A stretch of 64,000 bases of DNA from NCBI GenBank assembly GCA_013239625.1, contig MU053376.1, forward strand, positions 892,833 through 956,832, given 5' to 3'. Of the stretch, positions 50,893 to 60,757 are shown one piece after another. A program made the position numbers and the translations under genes. Source of the stretch: Lama guanicoe (lineage: Eukaryota). Positions within the stretch are counted from its first letter, which is position 1; every line of letters begins with the position of its first letter. The notes beneath the pieces are model-generated. The model saw only the letters and a list, made by a program, of their open reading frames with translations. It had not been told where the DNA came from and did not search any database.

Positions 50893-51610
50893 CTCATTCA
50901 TTCATTCATTCAACCACTATTCCTTCAACACCTCCTCAGAAGTGAACATGAAAGATAAGGTCTCTGCCTTCAACTGTCTTACAATCCAGTGGGGAGAAGC
51001 AAATAAACACAAAATCAAATAATTAAATAAGATAATGCCACACAGCCATAAAAAATACAGTGTAAAGAAAATCCAGCAGAGCAGTGGGGGTAAGGTGGGC
51101 CAGTCAGATGGGATGGTCAGGGAAGACCTCTCTGAGAAAGTCACGTTTGGGATGTGTGCTGAGTGTTAAGAAGGGGCCGGTCATGTGGAGGTCTGGGGGA
51201 TTTCCAAGTAACATGTACAGTAAGTGCAAAGGTCCTGAGGCAGGAAACAAAACTTGGTATCTTCATAGGATAAAAAAAATGGCCCAAGTAATTGGAGCAC
51301 AATGAGTGAAAGAGAGTGGAGCAAGATGTGATCAGGGTTGGGATGGGTGGGGGAGCTCTGCTGTGAGCCCTTGGGAGGTGTTGAACTTCTTTCTGAGTGT
51401 CTGATTTGCATTTGTAAAAAGATATTCCTGCCTGCTGCCAGGTGGAGAAGTGACTGTAGAAAGAAAGTGCAAAAACAGGAAGACTAATTAGGGGGATTTT
51501 CAATTGGTGGCTTGGACCAGCACAGTGGCAGTGAGGGTGATGGGAGAGGGCTGGATTCTGGATGTATTTTGGAAGTGGTGCTGCCAGGAGTCACCACTCA
51601 TGGATTGGCC
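50893..51610 (-). mobile_element. L2 element (antisense, including 3' tail)
   Basis: (cattc/ttca)n tail at 50893-50912, aagtgcaaaggtcctgaggcagg, tctgatttgcatttg, ggattctggatgtattttg. Confidence 0.8.
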
Positions 51611-51707
51611 ATGAGTGCTTAGCATGTAGTCAGGTGATGTCTCAATCAGGGGCAACAGGTACTGTTTTAATTCCCTGGGTGACTAGGCTGCTCCCCCTTC
51701 CTTCTAG

Positions 51708-51858
51708 CACTCGCCCCCGACTTTAGGCTGAATCCTGTAAGGCGTCTGATCCCCGCAGCCCGAGGGGGTGAGATCACCATCCCCTGTCAGCCCCGGGCAG
51801 CTCCCAAGGCCGTGGTGCTCTGGAGCAAAGGCACCGAGATCTTGGTCAACAGCAGCAG
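51708..51858 (+). CDS. CNTN2: Contactin-2 exon 11 (Ig5)
   Basis: tag|...|gtacaa; [51 protein letters not shown]. Confidence 0.96.
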
Positions 51859-51983
51859 GTACAAGCCCCACCCCACCCAACCCGAGCAATTCCTGCCCCC
51901 CTCCTTCTCCTGGGAGGCAAGTCCCCTTCCCGTGACTACAGTGTGCCCCTGGGTTGGCCAGATCTGCTTTGTCTTTGCTGCAG

Positions 51984-52111
51984 AGTGACTGTAACTCCAG
52001 ATGGCACCCTGATCATAAGAAACATCAGTCGGTCAGATGAAGGCAAATACACCTGCTTTGCTGAGAATTTCATGGGCAAAGCCAACAGCACAGGCATCCT
52101 GTCTGTGCGAG
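51984..52111 (+). CDS. CNTN2: Contactin-2 exon 12 (Ig5)
   Basis: cag|...|gtaagt; [42 protein letters not shown]. Confidence 0.97.
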
Positions 52112-52429
52112 GTAAGTGCTGTGGTTTGGTTGAGGTTGGTGGCTCAGCCACCGTGGGGTACCATCCCTCCTCACCAGCGGGCTCTTGTGTTCCCACGTTC
52201 CTTCTAGTCTGGTTTCGAGGCGACCCCAGGATTTGGTTTCACTTGGAACCACCCCCTCGCCACCATCCAGAATCTGCTTCTGCCTCCCTCCCACACACTT
52301 GTGGGGCTGCTGGCCACGCTGCTTGTTCTCTTTCCTGGGGCTCAAGACAAACCCTCTCACCCTGCCCTGCTGCCCCTGCCTGGGCCTATTTCCTCCCCCT
52401 CTACTAAGGGGTCTTGTTTGTCTTGGCAG

Positions 52430-52605
52430 ATGCAACCAAGATCACCCTAGCCCCCTCGAGTGCCGACATTAACTTGGGAGATAACCTGACCCTGCAGTGC
52501 CACGCCTCCCACGACCCCACCATGGACCTCACCTTCATCTGGACCCTGGATGGCTTCCCCATCGACTTCGACAAGCCTGGAGGCCACTACCGAAGGGCCA
52601 ATGTG
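52430..52605 (+). CDS. CNTN2: Contactin-2 exon 13 (Ig6)
   Basis: cag|...|gtaagg; [59 protein letters not shown]. Confidence 0.97.
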
Positions 52606-52779
52606 GTAAGGCCTGAGGCCAGAGAACCCAGGGCTCCTCCCTCCTTCTGGGGACACAGGGGACCCAAGATGTCCTTAACCATCACCACCCCCAAAGCCTT
52701 TCCCCCTTCCGCCAGGAATGCCATGCATGGCAGGCTCCTCCCTGGGTTCATAACCACCCTCCCTTAGACGGGCAGCTCC

Positions 52780-53123
52780 CTGGATTCCACGTGAACCTAT
52801 GCATCTAGGGGAGGGTTAGGGACAAACCCGGAAGGCCCCCAGCAGGACTCTCTGCCTTACTGTTCTTGTTATCCTGCCCCCCAGTGCAGAGGTTTATCAT
52901 CAGCTTGAACCACTGTTGACTGTCTTGGGTGAAAAACTGTTGTTTTGTTTACTGGATTCCACGTGAACCTATGCATCTAGGGGAGGGTTAGGGACAAACC
53001 CGGAATCCCAGGCCCCCAGCAGGACTCTCTGCCTTACTGTTCTTGTTATCCTGCCCCCCAGTGCAGAGGTTTATCATCAGCTTGAACCACTGTTGACTGT
53101 CTTGGGTGAAAAACTGTTGTTTA
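52780..53123. repeat. Tandem duplication, 2 x 172 bp (CNTN2 intron 13)
   Basis: Copies 52780-52951 and 52952-53123 are identical by eye except for two 5-bp indels. Confidence 0.95.
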
Positions 53124-53291
53124 ATTCCCAGTGGTACCAAATAGAGAGTAGTTGATTCCTCCCACTGAACAGAGAGGAGCAGCCAGACCCAGAGGGGCCC
53201 ATGGAGGGACTCTGAGCCCTGCCTCCTGCCTCACCATGCTGGCCAGGGCTGCTGCCCCTAACCTGTCCCCTTTCCTGTCTCCCGTTTGTAG

Positions 53292-53412
53292 AAGGAGACA
53301 GTTGGGGATCTGACCATCCTGAACGCCCAGCTGCGCCACGGCGGGAAGTACACGTGCATGGCCCAGACGGTGGTGGACAGCGCATCCAAGGAGGCCACAG
53401 TCCTGGTCCGAG
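53292..53412 (+). CDS. CNTN2: Contactin-2 exon 14 (Ig6)
   Basis: tag|...|gtgatg; [40 protein letters not shown]. Confidence 0.95.
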
Positions 53413-53945
53413 GTGATGGGGTTTCCCAACCCCAGCCACACCCTGGCTCCCTCAGAGGCCGGCTGGGCTATTCTGACCTTCGTCCCTTGCTCCCTCCTCT
53501 CCCTGAGAGCTGTCTGCTCTCAGGGCTTCTGACAAGTCTGTTGAGCTGAGCTCACCCCATGGTTGCTCCCAGGTCCTAAAGGAATAGAACACTCTTCCCC
53601 CAAAGTCAAAATTGTAAAAACCCACTCCTAAATACATCCCAAGACTGGAGAAATTTGCTGAGGCCATAAGTTCTCAAAGCCTCATGCTGGGAAATCTATA
53701 TACTTCTCTGTATGAGGGGCTCTGAGACCCCTCCAGCCTTGGACACATCCCCCCACCTCACAATCCCCTCCCCGCATTGGGCCCACTCACTTCCGCCTTG
53801 CCTTGCCCTCCCACCTGGTGTGTGTTTGCCGCGCCCTCTGCTGCTCCCTCTTGATACTGCACCAGTCCAGCCCATCCTGAAGGAGGTTGGCTCAAATTTG
53901 AAGCCGCCCAGTTCTGACCTACTGTGCTCTGTCCTCTTGGTGCAG

Positions 53946-54104
53946 GTCCGCCAGGCCCCCCAGGAGGCGTGGTGGTGAGAGACATCAGTGACACCACTGT
54001 CCAGCTTAGCTGGAGCCGCGGCTTTGACAACCACAGCCCTATCGCCAAGTACACCCTGCAAGCCCGCACGCTACCTGCAGGGAAGTGGAAGCAGGTTCGA
54101 ACCA
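53946..54104 (+). CDS. CNTN2: Contactin-2 exon 15 (FnIII-1)
   Basis: cag|...|gtaagt; [53 protein letters not shown]. Confidence 0.97.
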
Positions 54105-54580
54105 GTAAGTGCGAGGCCCCCCTCCCAGGTCAGGACTGCTTAGGCTTGTCTGTGTGCTGGAGGTGGGGGGTCAGGGATCGGAGGCCATGGCTGAGCCTGG
54201 GGCTTCAAAGAACAAGTGTGGCCTCTGCCTGCAGGGAGCTCCCAGGCCACTGGGGAAGACGGTTGCACGGCCAGCAGGAGAGTGGAGGAGAGTTGGAGGG
54301 GGAGGCACTCAGTCTGCGCCCTTAAAGCACTGGCAGGACTGTTACTGGGGCAGTGAAAACATTTGTGGGGGTGTGGGGTGCACACAGTATCTTCAAAGGC
54401 TCCAAGGCTGGGGAGTGTACCAATTTTCCAATCATTTCTGAAAAAGGTAGTGAACACTTAGTATACAGCAGGCACCACCATGAGGGCTGGGTATAAAAAA
54501 ATTAATTCAGACCCAGTCCCTGTCCTTTCTATCCAGGCCAATAAATGAATGCCAAACACTGACTCCCTGGTGCCTTGCAG

Positions 54581-54730
54581 ATCCTGCCAACATTGAGGGC
54601 AATGCCGAGACTGCCCAGGTACTGGGCCTCACCCCCTGGATGGACTATGAGTTCCGGGTCTTAGCGAGCAACATCCTGGGCACTGGGGAGCCCAGTGGCC
54701 CCTCCAGCAAAATCCGGACCAAGGAAGCAG
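54581..54730 (+). CDS. CNTN2: Contactin-2 exon 16 (FnIII-1)
   Basis: cag|...|gtcaga; [50 protein letters not shown]. Confidence 0.96.
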
Positions 54731-55182
54731 GTCAGAGCCATGGGTGACAGGTAACATCAGGCACAGACCCCAAGCCTCCTTAAGGGGAGCTCCAGCTGAG
54801 CAATAATACATGGAGTTCCCACCCTGCTCACCAGCTTCCAACACCAGTGAAACAGATGAGAAAGTGACGCAAGGCTGGGCCAGGCCGCTGCACGGCACAG
54901 CGCGCTGTGCCCTGGGCCACAGCCTGTCAGGGCTGGAGGAGCCATCCAGTCCAAATTCCTCATTTAAAACATAGGCCAGCCTTACAACTGCATGTGATCC
55001 TACAGTGATCTCATAGTAAAAAGTTTAATTTTTTAAAAAATGGTAAAACCAAAGTTTGGAGAAGGGTAAGGTCACACTGGCAGAGCCTGGACTTGGCACA
55101 CTGGCACCCAGGACCATGGGGTGATGGGCAGATATCCTCCCCGGAAGTGCATGAGCTGCAGGAATCAGGTGGTGAGGAAGGG

Positions 55183-55205
55183 GTGTGTGTGTGTGTGTGT
55201 GTGTG
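55183..55205. repeat. (GT)n microsatellite
   Basis: About 11 GT units seen directly. Confidence 0.9.
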
Positions 55206-55604
55206 TTGTGCAGGGCCCTAGGTAAGCAGCCAGTGTCTCCAAGTCTTTCTTTAGATGGTTTCTTTGGGAGCAGAAAGACTGGATTATCTGCCCATAGCCT
55301 TTCCTGAAAGGCAGGTAGGTGTCAGAACTTGAGTGGGAAAGGAAGGGAAGAGGCAACGGAGAAGGCGCAGAATGAGAGCTGTGGGATCCTGAGACCAGGA
55401 GCGAGGAATGAGGATCCTGCCTCCTCTGCCCTGCCCTCCCAGGCCTGCCCCACTGGATGTGTAAGGAGGGTCTGCCTTCTTGTGTCCCTTAAACATGGTT
55501 TCCTGTGTGCCCCAGGCTGACTCTCCAGGCTCTTTCTGGAATCATTCAACATTTTTGACTGGTATCTCTCCCGAGTAAAGAATTCCAGAAGGAGTACTTT
55601 CTTT

Positions 55605-55720
55605 TTCTTTCTTTTCTTTCTTTTCTTTTCTTTCTTAATGGAGGTTCTAGGGATTGAACCCAGGACCTAGTGCATGCTAAGCATGCGCTCTACCACTGAG
55701 CTATAGCTATACCCTCCCAC
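55605..55720 (-). mobile_element. Young tRNA-Ala-derived SINE with a 15-bp target-site duplication
   Basis: Minus strand reads gggagggtatagctatagctcagtggtagagcgcatgcttagcatgcactaggtcctgggttcaatccctagaacctcca plus a (gaaaa/gaaa)n tail; TSD aggagtactttcttt at 55590-55604 and 55721-55735. Confidence 0.92.
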
Positions 55721-55839
55721 AGGAGTACTTTCTTTGACTGAACCTCTTGAAGAGCCAAACAAAGGGTGAGGGGTGGTCTCCTTCAGTGTCGTATCCCAGG
55801 AGTGGAGCATAAAGACAGCTGTGATGCAGAAGACAGATG

Positions 55840-56030
55840 GTGGGCTTTGAAATCAGAAGAGCTGGCTTCAGAGTCAAACCATGACATTTATTAGCTGTGT
55901 GACTTTAGGCAAGTCACTTAACTGCTCTGGGCCTCAATCGTTCTACTCTGAAAAGGATAATATTAACACCCACCTCACAGGATCAAATGGACAAAGTGTT
56001 TCAGTGCCCTTTGCAAATTATGAGGCCCTG
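55840..56030 (+). mobile_element. MIR
   Basis: ttattagctgtgtgactttaggcaagtcacttaactgctctgggcctca. Confidence 0.7.
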
Positions 56031-56359
56031 AACTCATCAGAACCAAGTGATGTCTCCAGTTGCTGGATCATCTGCAGAAATATTTTGACCTTCAGCCAAG
56101 TTACCCCCCTGCCAAGCTTCATGATCTGATTAAATACATTCTTCTTTTAATATCAGCCTTGTTAAATACTAGAGACAATTAGGAAATTAAATCTGCCACA
56201 AAAAGAAAAATAATGATAAAACACCCTGCAACCCCAAAGAAATGTGGGGGGTTTTTTGGATTAACTGCAGTTCTGGATTATTTATTCCCCTTAAATTAAA
56301 GCAAACTGGGGTTGATCTCTGTTATTTAGTTTAAACCAACAAGAAGGAAGAAGACAATG

Positions 56360-56570
56360 ATCATTTATGGAGCTTCTACTATATGTAAATGCTAGCCACG
56401 GTCTTGTTTAATTTTATTCTTCTTACAGCCCTTTGAGAGAAACATTATTATCCTCATCTTACGGAGAGGGGCATCAGAGACTCAGAGAGGTTAAGTAACT
56501 TGCCCAGAGAAACACAGCTAGTAAGTGGCAAAGGTGGAATTTGATCTCAGGTCCACCTGACTCCAGAGCA
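56360..56570 (-). mobile_element. MIR
   Basis: ctcagagaggttaagtaacttgcccagagaaacacagctagtaagtggca...tgactccagagc. Confidence 0.75.
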
Positions 56571-56716
56571 CATGTCCAAAGGGACTGTTGGAGGACAAAA
56601 CCAGGGCCCTTTGGAAGGGTGTTCCTGTCCTAGGATGCTTTTCAGACTCAGCCTCAGGGCTTTTGCTCCCTCACTGCCCATTAACAAGCTCTGTCTGTGT
56701 CCCTTGGCCCTGACAG

Positions 56717-56787
56717 CCCCCTCAGTGGCACCGTCAGGTCTCAGCGGAGGTGGTGGAGCCCCCGGAGAGCTCATCGTCAGCTGGACG
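56717..56787 (+). CDS. CNTN2: Contactin-2 exon 17 (FnIII-2)
   Basis: cag|...|gtaagc; APSVAPSGLSGGGGAPGELIVSWT. Confidence 0.96.
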
Positions 56788-57091
56788 GTAAGCTGCAAGG
56801 ACGGAGGCAGAGAGGTGCCTCCAGTTCTCTGGGGGACAGGTCCTCCCCCACCCCCACCCCACCTGGTGGGACTTGTCTCCAGAGTTGAGCATCGTGCAGA
56901 GAGGACCCAGACAGAGCCACTGCATGGGCAGCAGACAAGGTCCCTCCCCCGCCCCTTTGCACCCACAGCCGGATGGAAACCTGCACACAGTCCTGGGGCC
57001 TCCCCGTCTTGGTGAAGGCTGGGTGGGGCCAGAGGATGGGCAGGGAGACGCAGCCTTGGCCCCTCGCCCATGCCGCGCTCTTGCCCCTCAG

Positions 57092-57326
57092 CCCGTGTCA
57101 CGGGAGTACCAGAACGGAGACGGCTTCGGCTACCTGCTGTCCTTCCGCAGGCAGGGCAGCGCTAGCTGGCAGACCGCCCGGGTGCCCGGCGCCGACGCCC
57201 AGTACTTCGTCTACAGCAACGACAGTGTCCGGCCCTACACACCCTTTGAGGTCAAGATCCGCAGCTACAATGGCCGCGGGAATGGGCCCGAGAGCCTCAC
57301 CGCGCTCGTGTACTCGGCTGAGGAAG
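57092..57326 (+). CDS. CNTN2: Contactin-2 exon 18 (FnIII-2)
   Basis: cag|...|gtgggc; [78 protein letters not shown]. Confidence 0.97.
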
Positions 57327-57656
57327 GTGGGCCACCCCGGGGCCCGAGGGCAGCCCCATCCCCGCAGCTTGTCCATGGGGTGCAGGGTGGGGGCCCCTCA
57401 CTCCCCTGCTCCGTTCTGTAGGTGGGGTGGAGAGGACCCCTGGCTCCTAAGCCACTGGCTTCATTTCTAGCCCTTGCTGCCTCGTCTCCCCTCAGGCCTG
57501 GGGGAGGGAGGTTCTCTGGGAAGAGAAGTGGGCCCCAGGGATGCTTTGGGAACCCCCATGTGGCCTTCACCTTGGACCCTGGGCTCTTTAAAATCCTGAG
57601 CCAGGGCAGTCCCAGGTGGCCCTGGGAATCCAAACCCATTCTGTATCGGTCCCCAG

Positions 57657-57769
57657 AGCCCAGGGTGGCCCCTACCAAGGTCTGGGCCAAGGGGGTCTCG
57701 TCCTCAGAGATGAACGTGACCTGGGAACCCGTGCAGCAGGACATGAATGGCATCCTCCTGGGGTACGAG
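57657..57769 (+). CDS. CNTN2: Contactin-2 exon 19 (FnIII-3)
   Basis: cag|...|gtgagc; [38 protein letters not shown]. Confidence 0.96.
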
Positions 57770-58590
57770 GTGAGCACTGACCTGGGCTGGGAGAGGAAGG
57801 GGTGCTGGGGCTTCACGGTGTGGGGGGCCCTCACAGCTCACTAGTCTTCCTCCTGGAATCACTCATCCACTAACCCAGCAAACAGAACATGGTCTAAGTA
57901 GCACCTTAGCTAAGCCCCTCTGGCCAGTGCCTGGGGAGGAGGACGGACCCACAGACAGCCTGGAAATAACTGCTTAGCTCAAGCTGACACTGGACACTGG
58001 GAGCCCAGGGGAGGAGGGGCAGGTTCTGGGAGGGGCACTGCCTGCCCTTTTCATCCAGAGCCCAGTTGCCTGGCATCTCAGGGCTGCAGAGAATAGCATG
58101 GCCGCCTCTGTGTACCATCTAATCAGCCTATCCCTGAGGAACTTCGGGCCCACAGTTCTGACCTGTGCTCTGGGCCCACCAGTGACCCCACACTGGGGTA
58201 CATGTGAGGTAGATGGAGAGTGGGGGGGGGCAAGAAGAAGAGAAGGACAAGCAAGAAAGGTCACGGTCTATGGGAGACTCATCAGGCAGACATACTAGTG
58301 ATGTTGTAAATTCCAACCCAGGAGCGTCGACTCTGCATTTCAGCCCCTACCTGTGTTAGGCAAGCCCCACTGAGGAGACAGCTCCAAACTCTGCCCTTCA
58401 TTTAGAAGAATATTTAGAAGGTCCTGGTGTTATGAAGACTATTAAAATGGGTTTGCGTTTATTGGGGGTTAGGGGACTACTTTGCCAGTACAAATGTGCG
58501 TCTCATAGTCCTTAACAGAGTCCCCATGGGATCCCCTGAGTTAATTAAACGGGGTTGGGTTTCATCAGGCCATTGCTAGGTTGAGTCTGT

Positions 58591-58750
58591 GAGCATTCCC
58601 CACTCAGCAGCCTCCCTCCCACCCGCTCCCTCCTTCAGCCCACCTATTAAACTCTTTCCCTCGGCCGGATGAGCATTCCCCACTCATCACCCACCCTCCC
58701 ACCCGCTCCCTCATTCAGCCCACATATTAAGCTCTTTCCTTGGGCTGGGC
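58591..58750. repeat. Tandem duplication, 2 x 80 bp (CNTN2 intron 19)
   Basis: Unit begins gagcattccccactca at 58591 and 58671; 11 mismatches in 80 by hand count, no indels. Confidence 0.92.
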
Positions 58751-58954
58751 ACTGCCGGGCACCAAGAAGGCAGCAACTCAGACCAACTTGCCCCTGCTCC
58801 CTTGTCACTCAGGATCCAGTGTCGAGGTTCTGAGACCTGAGACTGAGTTACAAGGACCAGAGAGGGGCAGAATGTAGGTGTCCAGAGCCAGGGTCAGGGC
58901 AGCCCCACGGTCCTGGGCTTGACTGCTGACCCTGGGTACCCCTGCCTCCTTCAG

Positions 58955-59141
58955 ATCCGCTACTGGAGAGCCGGGGACAAAGAAGCAGCCGCTGACCGAG
59001 TGAGGACAGCAGGGCTGGACACCAGTGCCCTAGTCACTGGCCTGCACCCCAACACCAAGTACCACGTGACTGTGCGGGCCTACAACCGGGCCGGCACTGG
59101 GCCTGCCAGCCCTTCGGCCAATGCCACAACCATGAAGCCCC
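58955..59141 (+). CDS. CNTN2: Contactin-2 exon 20 (FnIII-3)
   Basis: cag|...|gtgagt; [62 protein letters not shown]. Confidence 0.97.
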
Positions 59142-59494
59142 GTGAGTCCTCCGGCCTCGAGGGGTGCTGGAGGGTATATCTGGGAGAGGGGGTGCCTCTG
59201 GGATCACTCCTTCCCCAACGAAAGACAAATGCTTCAGCCGATAAACCCTGGGCTGGACAGAAGCAAGGCAGTAAGTCTAAGGATGATAAGGGAGTGGAAT
59301 TCATGGCCTCTGAAGTGCCTCTCTCTTCTCCAACCTTTGGATTTTCAGGGAGTTTGTTTCTCAGGCAGCAGTGACAGAATGTTCTGGGTGCAACTGTTGT
59401 GGGCAGACATCTAGAAAAAGCCTGGCTAAAAGCAAGGGGGTAAGTGGTGGGGGGACGTTAGGAGATTTCCCCAACTCTCTCCCTCCTCTGGCAG

Positions 59495-59607
59495 CTCCAC
59501 GGCGACCCCCTGGCAACATCTCCTGGACTTTCTCGAGCTCCAGTCTTAGTATTAAGTGGGACCCGGTGGTCCCTTTCCGAAATGAGTCTGCAGTCACAGG
59601 TTATAAG
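59495..59607 (+). CDS. CNTN2: Contactin-2 exon 21 (FnIII-4)
   Basis: cag|...|gtaagg; [38 protein letters not shown]. Confidence 0.96.
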
Positions 59608-60076
59608 GTAAGGAAGGGGTCAACCAGGCATTGAATTTGTATTTCCAGCAAACACAAGGGAGCTGCAGTTTCTAGCAGGAAGGATTTGAGTTAGATGCAA
59701 TCAAAGAGTTTGGGATTTGAGAGGCATGAAATACATGAGTGGTTCTCCAGGGAGCATGTAGGAGAGATGAGAAGAAAATGATATGACTGTGGAAAGGCAG
59801 GGTTCGGGGCGGGGGGTGATGGGCTGGATGAAGTCTGGGCGTCCTTCTAGCCTAAGGAGTCCGCAAAGCTTGTCCTGCTGCTTGCAAGCTTTTCTCCCCG
59901 CACTGAGGAGCTTGTTCAAGACCCTGGTCCTGGTCAACAGGAAACAGGAGGGGTGAGGGGGCAGGACCTTGAGGGCCCAGAACCATGTGGGCCCCTCCCA
60001 GTGCCTGGAGCCGAGGAAGAGAGAAGAATCATTCCGGGTGTGAGGAAACTGCACCTGGCTAACCTCCTTCCCACAG

Positions 60077-60245
60077 ATGCTGTACCAGAACGACTTACAC
60101 CCAACTCCCACGCTGCACCTCACCAGCAAGAACTGGATAGAAATTGCAGTTCCCGAAGACATTGGCCATGCCCTGGTGCAGATTCGGACCACAGGACCTG
60201 GAGGGGACGGGGTCCCAGCAGAAGTCCACATCGTGCGGAATGGAG
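60077..60245 (+). CDS. CNTN2: Contactin-2 exon 22 (FnIII-4)
   Basis: cag|...|gtgccg; [56 protein letters not shown]. Confidence 0.95.
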
Positions 60246-60647
60246 GTGCCGTCTCTCCCCACATCCCCCAGGAGTATCCGTGTGCCTCCAGATGCCTGAT
60301 GTAGGAATCATCCCCACCCCAGCCAGACCCCACCCCAGCCAGTCCCCAAGGGGAAAGGAGATGGCAGGCAGGAACCAAGTGCAGAGTAGCCCTGGAAATG
60401 CCCTTGCCACCCGCTCCTTCCTGCACACAAATAGCCCTGAGGGCTGGGAGATGAGTGCGCTCCTTTCTCGCTAAATCAAAGGTCCTACAAAACCCTCTTG
60501 TAGAAGGGCTGAGAACACCTCCCAGTCCTGAAGCCAGCCCTCTGTGAGTCTCCTTAGGAAAGGTCTGGATTCTGTCCCGAGGGTCGGGCAGGGACAGGCT
60601 GGTCGCAGGCCCAGCTGGCTCAGCCCATTTCCGTCTGCTGGTTTCAG

Positions 60648-60757
60648 GCACAAGCATGATGGTGGAGAACTCGGCAGTCTGTCCAGCCCCACATCCCGGC
60701 ACCGTCCTCTCCCACTCCATGGCCACGCTGATCCTCATAGGCTACCTGGAGCTCTGA
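60648..60757 (+). CDS. CNTN2: Contactin-2 exon 23 coding part (GPI-anchor signal)
   Basis: tttcag| acceptor; GTSMMVENSAVCPAPHPGTVLSHSMATLILIGYLEL*, TGA at 60755-60757. The 22 coding exons total 3123 nt = 1040 aa plus stop. Confidence 0.95.

Noticed and set aside
59701..60738. 345-aa minus-strand ORF, the longest in the track
   Set aside because: Antisense to CNTN2 exons 22-23, with no domain signature and an Arg/Gly/Pro/Ser-rich composition typical of spurious GC-rich ORFs.
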